A DNA stretch of 41,400 nucleotides from a virus (IMGVR_UViG_3300046795_000005:1-41400), one strand, 5' to 3'; counted from the stretch's first letter, positions 9,967 to 17,439 are shown. Program-made: numbers and translations. The notes: generated from the letters alone by a model not told the origin.

Positions 9967-12185
9967 CAGCGAGCATCCTGTGTCAGAAGTTGCGGGTAAA
10001 TGCCTTCCAGCGTCACGGCGGTGGGCTGGTCATTGATGTACTGGACATAGGCGTCTGTCTCGTAGCCCTTCGGCCAGTCGACCACCTTGTCGCCCGTGAA
10101 TAGCGGAACCGGCTGATTCATCGGCATGCCCTGGCCGAAGTGGAACAAGTCCATGTGGTCGTTGTCAGGGCCATAGCTCCCGCCGCCTGTCTCGAGGAAG
10201 CGGAACACCATCTTGTGCATGCGCTTGGTCTTGCCCTGCGCGGTACCGTCAGCGGCCCCAGCTTCCATGCGCATAGTGCGCAGGCGGCATGGTGCTGGCA
10301 GGCCGACCTGGACGATGGTGTATTCCCGCTGCAGGGTGATGGCCCCGCCGGTCACGACGCGCTGCGGGTGCGGTGAGCCGTTGGTCAGGATGTCGACCGT
10401 CTCGCCCTCGAGGTGCGACAGGCCGGAAATGGTATCAGCAGCCAACCCGTTATAGGTCAGTGCTGCATCCATGTAGAGCTGCGATGATTGCGGATCCCCG
10501 GTGCGCCAGGCTCTGTCCATGTACTCGACATAGCGCTTGGTCTGCCCGTTGATGGTCCGCTTGACCACCATCCATACCTCGTTGCGGTCACCCTCTGCTG
10601 CCGGCATGCAGGCTACTGACTCAACGACGCCACTGCCGCCGATAGGGTGACGATGCCAGCCGCGCACTCGTTGCTCACTGTTCCAGGTCATGCAGGCCAG
10701 CAGGCCGTCAGAGCGCACGGCCCAGACCAACGGATCCGGCTCCTGCGCATAGTCGATGTCGATGAGTCCTGAGAACGTGATGTGATCGGCATCGACAGTT
10801 ACATCCGACGACTGATAACCAGCCATCTCGTCGTAGGCGATTTCGCGCGCCTTGAGCCCGGCCCGCTGGATGAACAGCACAGAGGATCCAGCCTGCACCG
10901 GCACCACAGAACGGGAACCAAACTGCGACTGAGTGCGCACCCGGACGTTGCCAGGGGCGAGCGGTGAGCCGTTGGAATACTCGCCGAGCAGGAATTCGTT
11001 GCCGGCCGTGCCGATGATCAGCTCCTTGTCGGGGATCAGCCACTGGATCTTGTTGAACTTGCCAGACGACAGCGTGAGCGTGATGGCCATGTCGTCGGTG
11101 ATCAGCCCGAAGTTGAGCCGGGAGAAGTCATCGAAGCCAGACGACACAGACGACCACAGGGTCTGGCCCCGTGCGAACCACAGCCGTTCCCGGAAGAAAC
11201 ACACATCGCTCGGCCAGCCCTCGACATTCGACCATGCAGCATGAGCCCAGCGGGTTGTCGCATGTGGAGCGGTAACGCAATCGCGCGGCAGGCGCTGGAT
11301 CACATCGACGTTGACCACTGTCGTCGAGACGAAGCCGGTGATCTTGACGTAGCCATAGCCCGGGTCTCGGAACTCCCACAGCACCCCGTCATCCCCATCG
11401 TACAGGGCGCCGAAAGTGTGAATTGGCTTGAATGCCCCAGTCGTCTTGCTGTTCAGCGCCTCGTAAATCTTGGCGTCAGACCGGCGGCGAGCGGTGGCCA
11501 CGATGGCCTTGCCGGGCTCCCAGGTGGTCACGTTGGTGGTGTTGGCAGCCTCAAGGTAGAACTGACTGCCAACCATGGCCGCCGTGAATATCGCTGCGGA
11601 GGCGTGGAGCTGGGTTGAACCTGTCTCGGCATCAGCAAAGACGGTGATTGTCTGGTCTGGGTCGATGTCCTTGAACGGCCCCCACTTCGCTTCGAACGGT
11701 GTCAGCGTGAACGAGGTGGGCGAGGTGCGCTTCAGGATCCGCTGCTGGTAACTCGGGTGCGTGATGTAGAGGAAGTCGCCAGACTGGGCGAAGCGCAGGC
11801 GGCAGGTGCCGTCCTCGTTGAAAAGGTCGGCCTGGGTGTATGGGGTAGCCACCTCGACCGGAGCACCTGGCGGCGACTCGAGACGCCCGCGCACCTTGGT
11901 GATGGTGTCCCAGGTGTAAAACCTGATGTAGAGGTGGCCGATCTCCAGGATGTAGGCCTGGTCGACAGAATACTCGAACGGCTGCAGATAGGATTTCTGG
12001 TTCTGGTCCTTGGTTGGCTTGATGAAGCGAGTGCCACCACGGCGGCGGGCGGGCCCTTGGACAGTTGGAATAAAATTCTCCAGGATGGAGCAGCCAGATG
12101 AGTATTTTGAATAATCTGATCTCGCATCCAGAGAGCGTGATAGTTCACCGGAATTAAACGAAATTTGTGCCGGGCTAGCCTTCAT
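9966..12185 (-). CDS. Tail tubular protein B / nozzle
   Basis: 739 aa; Q-x-SF-x-SGELS N-terminus, GPARRRGGT, GWPS-x-V-x-FF-x-ERL motifs. Confidence 0.88.
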   Translation of the reverse strand: MKASPAQISFNSGELSRSLDARSDYSKYSSGCSILENFIPTVQGPARRRGGTRFIKPTKDQNQKSYLQPFEYSVDQAYILEIGHLYIRFYTWDTITKVRGRLESPPGAPVEVATPYTQADLFNEDGTCRLRFAQSGDFLYITHPSYQQRILKRTSPTSFTLTPFEAKWGPFKDIDPDQTITVFADAETGSTQLHASAAIFTAAMVGSQFYLEAANTTNVTTWEPGKAIVATARRRSDAKIYEALNSKTTGAFKPIHTFGALYDGDDGVLWEFRDPGYGYVKITGFVSTTVVNVDVIQRLPRDCVTAPHATTRWAHAAWSNVEGWPSDVCFFRERLWFARGQTLWSSVSSGFDDFSRLNFGLITDDMAITLTLSSGKFNKIQWLIPDKELIIGTAGNEFLLGEYSNGSPLAPGNVRVRTQSQFGSRSVVPVQAGSSVLFIQRAGLKAREIAYDEMAGYQSSDVTVDADHITFSGLIDIDYAQEPDPLVWAVRSDGLLACMTWNSEQRVRGWHRHPIGGSGVVESVACMPAAEGDRNEVWMVVKRTINGQTKRYVEYMDRAWRTGDPQSSQLYMDAALTYNGLAADTISGLSHLEGETVDILTNGSPHPQRVVTGGAITLQREYTIVQVGLPAPCRLRTMRMEAGAADGTAQGKTKRMHKMVFRFLETGGGSYGPDNDHMDLFHFGQGMPMNQPVPLFTGDKVVDWPKGYETDAYVQYINDQPTAVTLEGIYPQLLTQDAR

Positions 12186-12715
12186 TTATTTCTCCGACGA
12201 AGCAAGCCGCGTACGGCTGATTCCGAGCAGCTATAGAGCCTGCCTATCTCAGAAAACGACAGGCCATTTGCACGCATAGTCATAATGGTGTCGTAAGCAT
12301 CTATTGGCATCTTCCTGCTTGTTGATGCTTCAGCCATGCGACGGCGCATTTCATTTGTTCGCTTGGCTCCGCGCCTAGCATCTGAGTTGCGTTTCCTATG
12401 CTCTTCTGTGTAGTGAAGCCCATGTGACCCAATGCCACCCAGCGTCATGTTGTAGCCGCCATGGTCAACATGGGTTTTGTACTTGTCGATGGCTTCCTGC
12501 TCGACCAGATTGAGCATTTCTTTATCGCTGCCTTCTAGCTCAATGATAATTTTCCAATCGAAACGATCGGGTCTTTCGCGCAATGCTTGGTGGAAAGCGT
12601 AGTGCGATTTTTTTGCTGTTCTTAGGTGCATACCTTTGCGCCGCTTAAGCTGCATCGAAGTGGCGCCGATGTAGCTCATTCCGTTCGTCTGGTCTGTTGC
12701 CATGTAAACAATCAT
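12182..12715 (-). CDS. Free-standing GIY-YIG-type homing endonuclease with NUMOD3-like and HTH C-terminus
   Basis: IVY-x9-YIG, conserved R/H, E..I, GYN-x-T-x-GG, H-x-TEEHRKR; ATG overlaps upstream TGA; more AT-rich than flanks. Confidence 0.85.
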   Translation of the reverse strand: MIVYMATDQTNGMSYIGATSMQLKRRKGMHLRTAKKSHYAFHQALRERPDRFDWKIIIELEGSDKEMLNLVEQEAIDKYKTHVDHGGYNMTLGGIGSHGLHYTEEHRKRNSDARRGAKRTNEMRRRMAEASTSRKMPIDAYDTIMTMRANGLSFSEIGRLYSCSESAVRGLLRRRNK

Positions 12716-13365
12716 CAGATCACCTCCGTGCCGGAAGGCAGTGATCCGATGTCGCTGGCAGATGCGCCGCCGACCGTTGTCTCGCCGTTCCTGCTGTCGA
12801 GCCATGAGCCCCAAGGGAACTCGTCGGCCGCCGTTTCGATGGCATCCTGGCGCTTGGCCTCTGACAGTGCGAACTTGTACTCGTCAGCAGCCCGAGCCCG
12901 CTTGGTTTCGGATTGGGTCAGCGGCTCAGCAATCTCCATCGCTAGCTTGCAGGCCAGCACCTCGACGAATAGTGGGTCGAATAAGCCTGGGTTGGTGATG
13001 CGTGAGATGTATCGGACCTTGAGCGGCGCTGGCAGGTTGGTCAGGATCTCGCCCTGCTCCACTGCCCACGGCACAGTCTGCTTGGACATGGGGCGCAGGT
13101 AGATGTCGTTGACCTGCACCAGGCCAAGGAAATCAGCCGGCAGCGGGTAGCGGTAGGCAAAGCCCCAGTTGGGTTTATCCACCAGTGCCAGCAGCTGGTC
13201 GCGCTTCAAAGAGAACTTCCAGCGAGTGCGCCGCAGCTCGGCATCACGCACCTGATCGAAGATTCGGTTTAGAATGCGCGCCCGCTTGGTGTCATCGGTC
13301 AGCAGCAGAATTGGGTCTTCTCCGACCTTGTTTAGCGCATAGTTGGCAATCTGAGTTTTATCCAC
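12715..13365 (-). CDS. Tail tubular protein A / adaptor
   Basis: I-x-N-x-AL-x-K-x-G, W-x-F, Y-x-LP-x-DF, FDPLF motifs; position. Confidence 0.85.
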   Translation of the reverse strand: MDKTQIANYALNKVGEDPILLLTDDTKRARILNRIFDQVRDAELRRTRWKFSLKRDQLLALVDKPNWGFAYRYPLPADFLGLVQVNDIYLRPMSKQTVPWAVEQGEILTNLPAPLKVRYISRITNPGLFDPLFVEVLACKLAMEIAEPLTQSETKRARAADEYKFALSEAKRQDAIETAADEFPWGSWLDSRNGETTVGGASASDIGSLPSGTEVI

Positions 13366-13385
13366 GGCGAACCCCTCATCCTAGT

Positions 13386-13421
13386 GATGTGATTTTCGCC
13401 TCTGCGTTGGGATAACGCAAA
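13386..13421. promoter_or_regulatory. Degenerate tandem operator-like sites upstream of tail genes
   Basis: GATGTGATTTTCGCCTC and CGTTGGGATAACGCAAA. Confidence 0.45.
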
Positions 13422-13446
13422 CGAAACAGGCACCCGTAGGTGCCTG
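13419..13446 (-). terminator. Rho-independent terminator after capsid operon
   Basis: CAGGCACC-UACG-GGTGCCTG stem followed by TTTCGTTT on minus strand. Confidence 0.85.
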
Positions 13447-13449
13447 CTG

Positions 13450-13704
13450 TTATTCCGTGACCGCTTGCTTGGGCCTGCCTCTGCGTCGTGGCCCGGTGAC
13501 CACTTCGCTCGAGCCGGGCGTGACAGAGATGCCACGCCCCTGTGCTGGTTCCGGTTCGCTGACCAGCTGCGCGCGGTGGGCTTTCACCTCGGAGGCCGTG
13601 AGCTCAACAGCCCACGGCTCGAGGATGTGCCACTCGAAAGCCTCGCCGGGATGGACTAGCCGATCAGGTAAGGCTCCGAGCTCTCTTGCGCGCTGCCAAA
13701 TCAT
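13450..13704 (-). CDS. Hypothetical protein with C-terminal RRRGRPK (AT-hook-like)
   Basis: 84 aa, coupled to cement gene, ends just before terminator. Confidence 0.7.
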   Translation of the reverse strand: MIWQRARELGALPDRLVHPGEAFEWHILEPWAVELTASEVKAHRAQLVSEPEPAQGRGISVTPGSSEVVTGPRRRGRPKQAVTE

Positions 13705-14153
13705 GCGATGGTGTACCCGGCCTTGTAGGACTGATACGCCTGCGCATCCTTCACCAGGAAGGCGTCAATGGCGCCACCAGTGAACGGGCCAGCGGTGACG
13801 GTGTAGCGAACGGCGAGATAGCGCTCGTACTGGCCAGCTGGCAGCTTCACATCGACGACCTTGGCGCCCGCAGTCAGCGAGGCCAGGGCGATGACGCCAG
13901 AGTTGAAGTGAACGGTAGAGGATGACATCGCAGTGTTATCATCGGACTCCAGCGTAACGGTCAGGGTGCCAGCGCCAGTTACGGCGACAGGAACGGATAC
14001 CACCAGGTGGATGTCTTCGCCGGTGCCAATGTCGCGCACCAGGTTGGTGTTGACCGAGTTGCCGAGCGGGTAGAGGTCCACCACGTTCTGCGAGAGCGCC
14101 GTGACGGTGACCGCTTGCGCATCGGAGAACTCCAGGAATTTGTCCATGATCAT
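13701..14153 (-). CDS. Capsid cement/decoration protein (Bbp16-like)
   Basis: MI-x-DK-x-L-x-FSDAQAVT, DIG-x-G, RYL-x-V-x-Y-x-V; AAGGAG RBS; directly after capsid. Confidence 0.85.
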   Translation of the reverse strand: MIMDKFLEFSDAQAVTVTALSQNVVDLYPLGNSVNTNLVRDIGTGEDIHLVVSVPVAVTGAGTLTVTLESDDNTAMSSSTVHFNSGVIALASLTAGAKVVDVKLPAGQYERYLAVRYTVTAGPFTGGAIDAFLVKDAQAYQSYKAGYTIA

Positions 14154-14164
14154 CTGAATGCTCC

Positions 14165-15181
14165 TTAAGCGATCTGCGCTTCGGTGTTGAGGATGGCGTC
14201 ACACAGACGGATCGGGATGCCTTGGAACTGCATCGAGGTCATCGGCATGCCGAACTGGCTCAGAGCTGGTTCGATGGCGATGGCGCCGGCGGACTTCTGC
14301 AGAGCCTGCACACGGAGCAGGGAGCGCACGGTGCGGTTTGCGTAGAACACCGGACGGATGCCGCCCATGTTCGGGATCCGGTCGATCGCGCGGCTCATCA
14401 GCTTGATAAGCTCAGTGGAGGCGGTAGCGGCCTGGGTGCCGGTCAGTGCGGTCAGGTCGGCCACGTTGACGTTGGCAATGCGGACCACATAACGCCAGTC
14501 TCGCAGGGCCAGGCCACACTTCCATTGGAAGTTGTCATGGTAGCCGAAGAACTTGCCGCCGGTCGCATCGGTCACGACTTCGAGGCCGCGATCGTTGTGC
14601 TGCAGGCCAGCCATGGAACCCTTCGGATAGATGCCATGGACGGTGTTATCGCCCCAGCCCACCAGGTAGATGGAGGTGTTACCGGAGGCGCCGCCACCAC
14701 TCAGGATATTCTGACCGTTGGCTGCACTCAGGGAGGAGTAACGCAGGGCCAGACCGGTGAAGGCTTCAGGCTCGGTGCCGGAGTTGCCATAAATCAGGGT
14801 CTGGGCGAACTTCTGGTTCATGCCCTCGAGGAAGGCATTCGCCTCGGACATGCGGAACGCGCCCACATCGCCGTTGAGCTCGGCCAGGTCCTTATCGACC
14901 ACGGACCAGGCTTCCAGCATGCCGCAGGTGTCATCGACCTGAACGGTGGTGCTCTTGGAAGGCTGGACGCCGTAGTTCAGTTTGCGCCATGCCACATCAG
15001 GCAGGCCGGATCGGACGGTGGTGCGGGTACCGGTGGGCAAGTTGCCTTCCTTCCATACCTGGTCCTCGATGATTTCATTCGACTGGGAAAGCAGCTCGAT
15101 GATGCGTGCGGGCTGGTTGTTCGGATCTTGGCGCTTGGCCCAGTCAGCCAGGGTCAAGTTGTTGGTGGCAAGTGTTGGCAT
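14165..15181 (-). CDS. Major capsid protein (Bbp17/epsilon15 gp7-like)
   Basis: TLADWAKR-x-DP, GLP-x-x-x-WRKLNYG, DWRYVVRIANV, AILNTEA motifs. Confidence 0.93.
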   Translation of the reverse strand: MPTLATNNLTLADWAKRQDPNNQPARIIELLSQSNEIIEDQVWKEGNLPTGTRTTVRSGLPDVAWRKLNYGVQPSKSTTVQVDDTCGMLEAWSVVDKDLAELNGDVGAFRMSEANAFLEGMNQKFAQTLIYGNSGTEPEAFTGLALRYSSLSAANGQNILSGGGASGNTSIYLVGWGDNTVHGIYPKGSMAGLQHNDRGLEVVTDATGGKFFGYHDNFQWKCGLALRDWRYVVRIANVNVADLTALTGTQAATASTELIKLMSRAIDRIPNMGGIRPVFYANRTVRSLLRVQALQKSAGAIAIEPALSQFGMPMTSMQFQGIPIRLCDAILNTEAQIA

Positions 15182-15251
15182 TTAACGTTCTCCGATAATG
15201 CACATTCAGCGGGCCGCACGCGATGAAAGATCGCGCTTGTCGGTAGTGGCG

Positions 15252-15311
15252 AATATACAACATTGCTGTGAATGCAACAACTTTTGTGGGAATGTTGCGG
15301 ATATTGCAACA
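15252..15311 (-). promoter_or_regulatory. Candidate capsid promoter plus two operator-like palindromes
   Basis: TTGTTG-17-TATATT on minus strand; ATTGCTGTGAATGCAAC (15262) and GTTGCGGATATTGCAAC (15294). Confidence 0.6.
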
Positions 15312-15327
15312 CGACAGGAATGGCAGG

Positions 15328-15354
15328 CAAAAATATGCCCGCTGGAGGGCGGGC
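15328..15354 (-). terminator. Terminator closing the ncRNA unit
   Basis: GCCCGC-6nt-GCGGGC followed by ATATTTTTG on minus strand. Confidence 0.7.
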
Positions 15355-15424
15355 TAATTACATCACAGAGGAATTGCAGGCCGAAAGTGTAGGCCTCAAG
15401 ACTGATTGCACAGCCATGACATGT

Positions 15425-15537
15425 GTTGCCGGCGCCGGGTGCCTCCCGGTGACTGGTTACATGCTCACCAGTCCGAAATCACAAGGAGCTTTGACCTTCC
15501 GCATGTCCGCCATCCGCATAGGTGGATCCGCCACAAC
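15425..15537 (-). ncRNA. C4-shaped/tRNA-shaped RNA no. 2
   Basis: Closing stem GTTGTGGCG/CGCCGGCAAC; hairpins ATCC/GGAT, GACTGGT/ACCAGTC, CCGGG-AGGCA-CCCGG; starts right after the CCA of the upstream element. Confidence 0.6.
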
Positions 15538-15667
15538 TGGGGTTGCACTGACAGGATTCGAACCTGCGCACGGTCTAGACCGCCGACGATAGCGTGAGCC
15601 ATGACCTCACGCCATTGCGTCGCTCCCATTTTCAGGGCGCCATAACCAGACTTGGCCACAATGCAAC
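15538..15667 (-). ncRNA. Non-canonical tRNA-like RNA (130 nt)
   Basis: 9-bp acceptor GTTGCATTG/CAGTGCAAC + C-CCA; D arm GCCA-AGTCTGGTTA-TGGC; T arm GCAGG-TTCGAAT-CCTGT; variable arm; enlarged anticodon region. Confidence 0.8.
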
Positions 15668-15881
15668 TTCAGTTATGTGCTCGTTGCGCTGTCGTTCGAC
15701 ATGGCTTCGAGCTTACCGGAATGCCACCGGCTTGAGACTGGATCACCTCCTGCCTGTTTCCTTGTCGGGGGAAACTGTGCCCCACACCGCAGTTTCAAGC
15801 CAAGGGGCTGTGTCTTCTCATGACCGATCAGCGGCTTTCGTTCACCAACTTCGCAGGGAGGTCCCTCCATTGGTGGCTGTC
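15668..15881 (-). ncRNA. Structured RNA segment carrying 14-nt complement of 16S rRNA 3' end
   Basis: AGGAGGTGATCCAG at 15751-15738; stems CACCAA/TTGGTG, GAAACTG/CAGTTTC, GGCTTGA/TCAAGCC, GCTCG/CGAGC. Confidence 0.45.
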
Positions 15882-16003
15882 GTGGTGGCCTGAGCTGATC
15901 CAGGCATCCTTGTTTCACCCTTCTTCCGAGTTTCCTCGTGTAGACCAGAGGTGTTCTAAGGAGATACTGGTCGATCTTTCGCATCAGTCTGCGCATTCAC
16001 CAC
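15882..16003 (-). ncRNA. C4 antisense RNA-like element
   Basis: 5' GTGGTGAATGCGCAGACTGATGCG and 3' GCCTGGATCAGCTCAGGCCACCAC match the ends of the C4 RNA motif as I recall it, including CTGA/TCAG loop complementarity. Confidence 0.75.
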
Positions 16004-16009
16004 ATTAAA

Positions 16010-16038
16010 ACTGTATCGTAAAACGCAATTACCTGCAA
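16010..16038 (-). promoter_or_regulatory. Sigma70-like promoter of the ncRNA unit, overlapped by an operator-like site
   Basis: TTGCAG-17-TACAGT; predicted +1 at about 16003 = first base of C4-like RNA; GTATCGTAAAACGCAAT at 16013-16029. Confidence 0.6.
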
Positions 16039-16740
16039 CTACTGCTTTCCGCTCCCATACAATACTTGCGCAGTCGGCAGTCGCTCACCTGGCTGTGAAC
16101 CTTGGCCACCCTGCCCACCTGCATCGTGCTCACCCAGACCCTTGCCGATGTCCATAAAGAACTTCATCGTGGCCTTATAGCCGAGCTTGTCCTCGATGGC
16201 GGTGATGATGTCTGCCGCCTGTTCTGCGCCACCGAACTGACGCACGGCGCGCTTGGCCAGCTCCATGTTGCCGTCGAACTTGTCGCCCAGCTCTGCCTTG
16301 AGCTCCTGCTGCTCGGCGGTGTTCTTGGCGTCCAGGGCGGCGATGCGGGCAGTCTCCTGTTTCTCGAACCGCTCCAGCGCCTTAGCCTCGAGCTTCTGTT
16401 GCAGGTTGAAGCCCTGCTCTTTGGTCAGCCCGAGCTCGCGCATAGTGGCCGCAACTTCGGTGACGAACTCAGGGTCCTCACCTTCACGCACGGTCAGGCC
16501 ATAGTCCTCGGCCTTAGCAGGGCGGCCGACTGCATCCCAGAACTGGCCCCACTGCTCGGGTGTGGCGTCCTTGCCGGGGAGTGCCAAGCCATCGGCCTTG
16601 GGAGCTTCGGTAGGTGCAGGCGCTGCATTGTCGTTGGCAGGCGCAACTACCGGGGCGGCTGGTACTGGTGTCAGAGCTGCGGCCGCGCTGGTCGCTGGGG
16701 CTGCCGGTGCAGTGGTGGTCGTGATGATTTCGTCAGCCAT
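16039..16740 (-). CDS. Capsid scaffolding/assembly protein
   Basis: Pro/Ala-rich N-terminus, GRP-x-x-x-EDY, GLT-x-EQ, IG-x-x-LGE, C-terminal LYG; lies between portal and capsid. Confidence 0.8.
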   Translation of the reverse strand: MADEIITTTTAPAAPATSAAAALTPVPAAPVVAPANDNAAPAPTEAPKADGLALPGKDATPEQWGQFWDAVGRPAKAEDYGLTVREGEDPEFVTEVAATMRELGLTKEQGFNLQQKLEAKALERFEKQETARIAALDAKNTAEQQELKAELGDKFDGNMELAKRAVRQFGGAEQAADIITAIEDKLGYKATMKFFMDIGKGLGEHDAGGQGGQGSQPGERLPTAQVLYGSGKQ

Positions 16741-17089
16741 TTAACTTCTCCTTCAGTGCGTAGCCCATCAGCGGCCAAACTTTGTTGATAGCGTTGGCGC
16801 GGGAAATCTTGCGGCCAAGTTCGGCGCTGAAGTTCTCAGGACTGGCGAGAGCGCTCTCGCCAGTGACGGTGAAGCCGTTCTTCAGCACCAGGACGCAGAA
16901 GGTCAGCAGTTCCAAAGATTGGGGTACCTCCGCCATGGCGAACTGCTCACCGAACCGTGCGAAACGGTCACCATCAGCGGCGGTGAAGTAGTGCTCGCTG
17001 GCGATGTTCACCTCGATGTCGGCCGGCGTGACACGCGGTGCGGTCAGCCCCTTATCCTGGATCTCTTGTTCAATCTCTTTGTCGTTCAT
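16733..17089 (-). CDS. Phage gp49/gp66-family protein (candidate Acb4-type nucleotide-signal sponge)
   Basis: APRVTPADIE, LTFCVLVLKNGFTVTGESA-x-ASPENF, W-x-LMGY-x-L motifs. Confidence 0.8.
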   Translation of the reverse strand: MNDKEIEQEIQDKGLTAPRVTPADIEVNIASEHYFTAADGDRFARFGEQFAMAEVPQSLELLTFCVLVLKNGFTVTGESALASPENFSAELGRKISRANAINKVWPLMGYALKEKLNG

Positions 17090-17124
17090 TCCGCTTCCTC
17101 GTCTGTTCTGTCCATTCTCAATAG

Positions 17125-17439
17125 TTAGAGGTCAAGGTCATAACCAGACTTGGCTAGTTCCCGTTCCTCTCTCTTTCGCATTTCCATAATCTTCTCGTCC
17201 GTCAGGTTTAGCATCTGCTGGATTTTCAGATACACCTCGCGGCGGCCTTCGTTTACTGCTGTTGCATAGGTGTCAACTCGGCCATCGGCGCCTGGTTGGA
17301 TGCAACTCATGTCGGCTCGGCAGAATTCACGCAAATTCTCGATAGCCAGTCGCCCGTTTTCAATGTCGCCATCCACCAGCCTTCGGTAAGCATTCCGAAG
17401 GTTATGGAAATGGATTGATAGGCGGATAGGCTCACTCAT
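17125..17439 (-). CDS. Bbp19-like small protein
   Basis: L-x-x-FC, D-x-YATA-x-NEGRREV-x-L-x-I motif; downstream of portal. Confidence 0.7.
   Translation of the reverse strand: MSEPIRLSIHFHNLRNAYRRLVDGDIENGRLAIENLREFCRADMSCIQPGADGRVDTYATAVNEGRREVYLKIQQMLNLTDEKIMEMRKREERELAKSGYDLDL

Noticed and set aside
14222-15226. Long antisense ORFs (e.g. 334 aa opposite capsid, 291 aa at 2212-3087)
   Set aside because: Shadow ORFs expected from GC-rich codon bias; no motifs
15538-15667. Canonical tRNA-Met/Phe, tmRNA or intron-containing tRNA
   Set aside because: No 5-bp anticodon stem at position 27-43, 9-bp acceptor, too short for tmRNA or a self-splicing intron
15673-15996. 107-aa ORF over the ncRNA array
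   Set aside because: Starts 7 nt after the predicted transcription start with no RBS and overlaps C4-type structure; not fully excluded for the internal ATG
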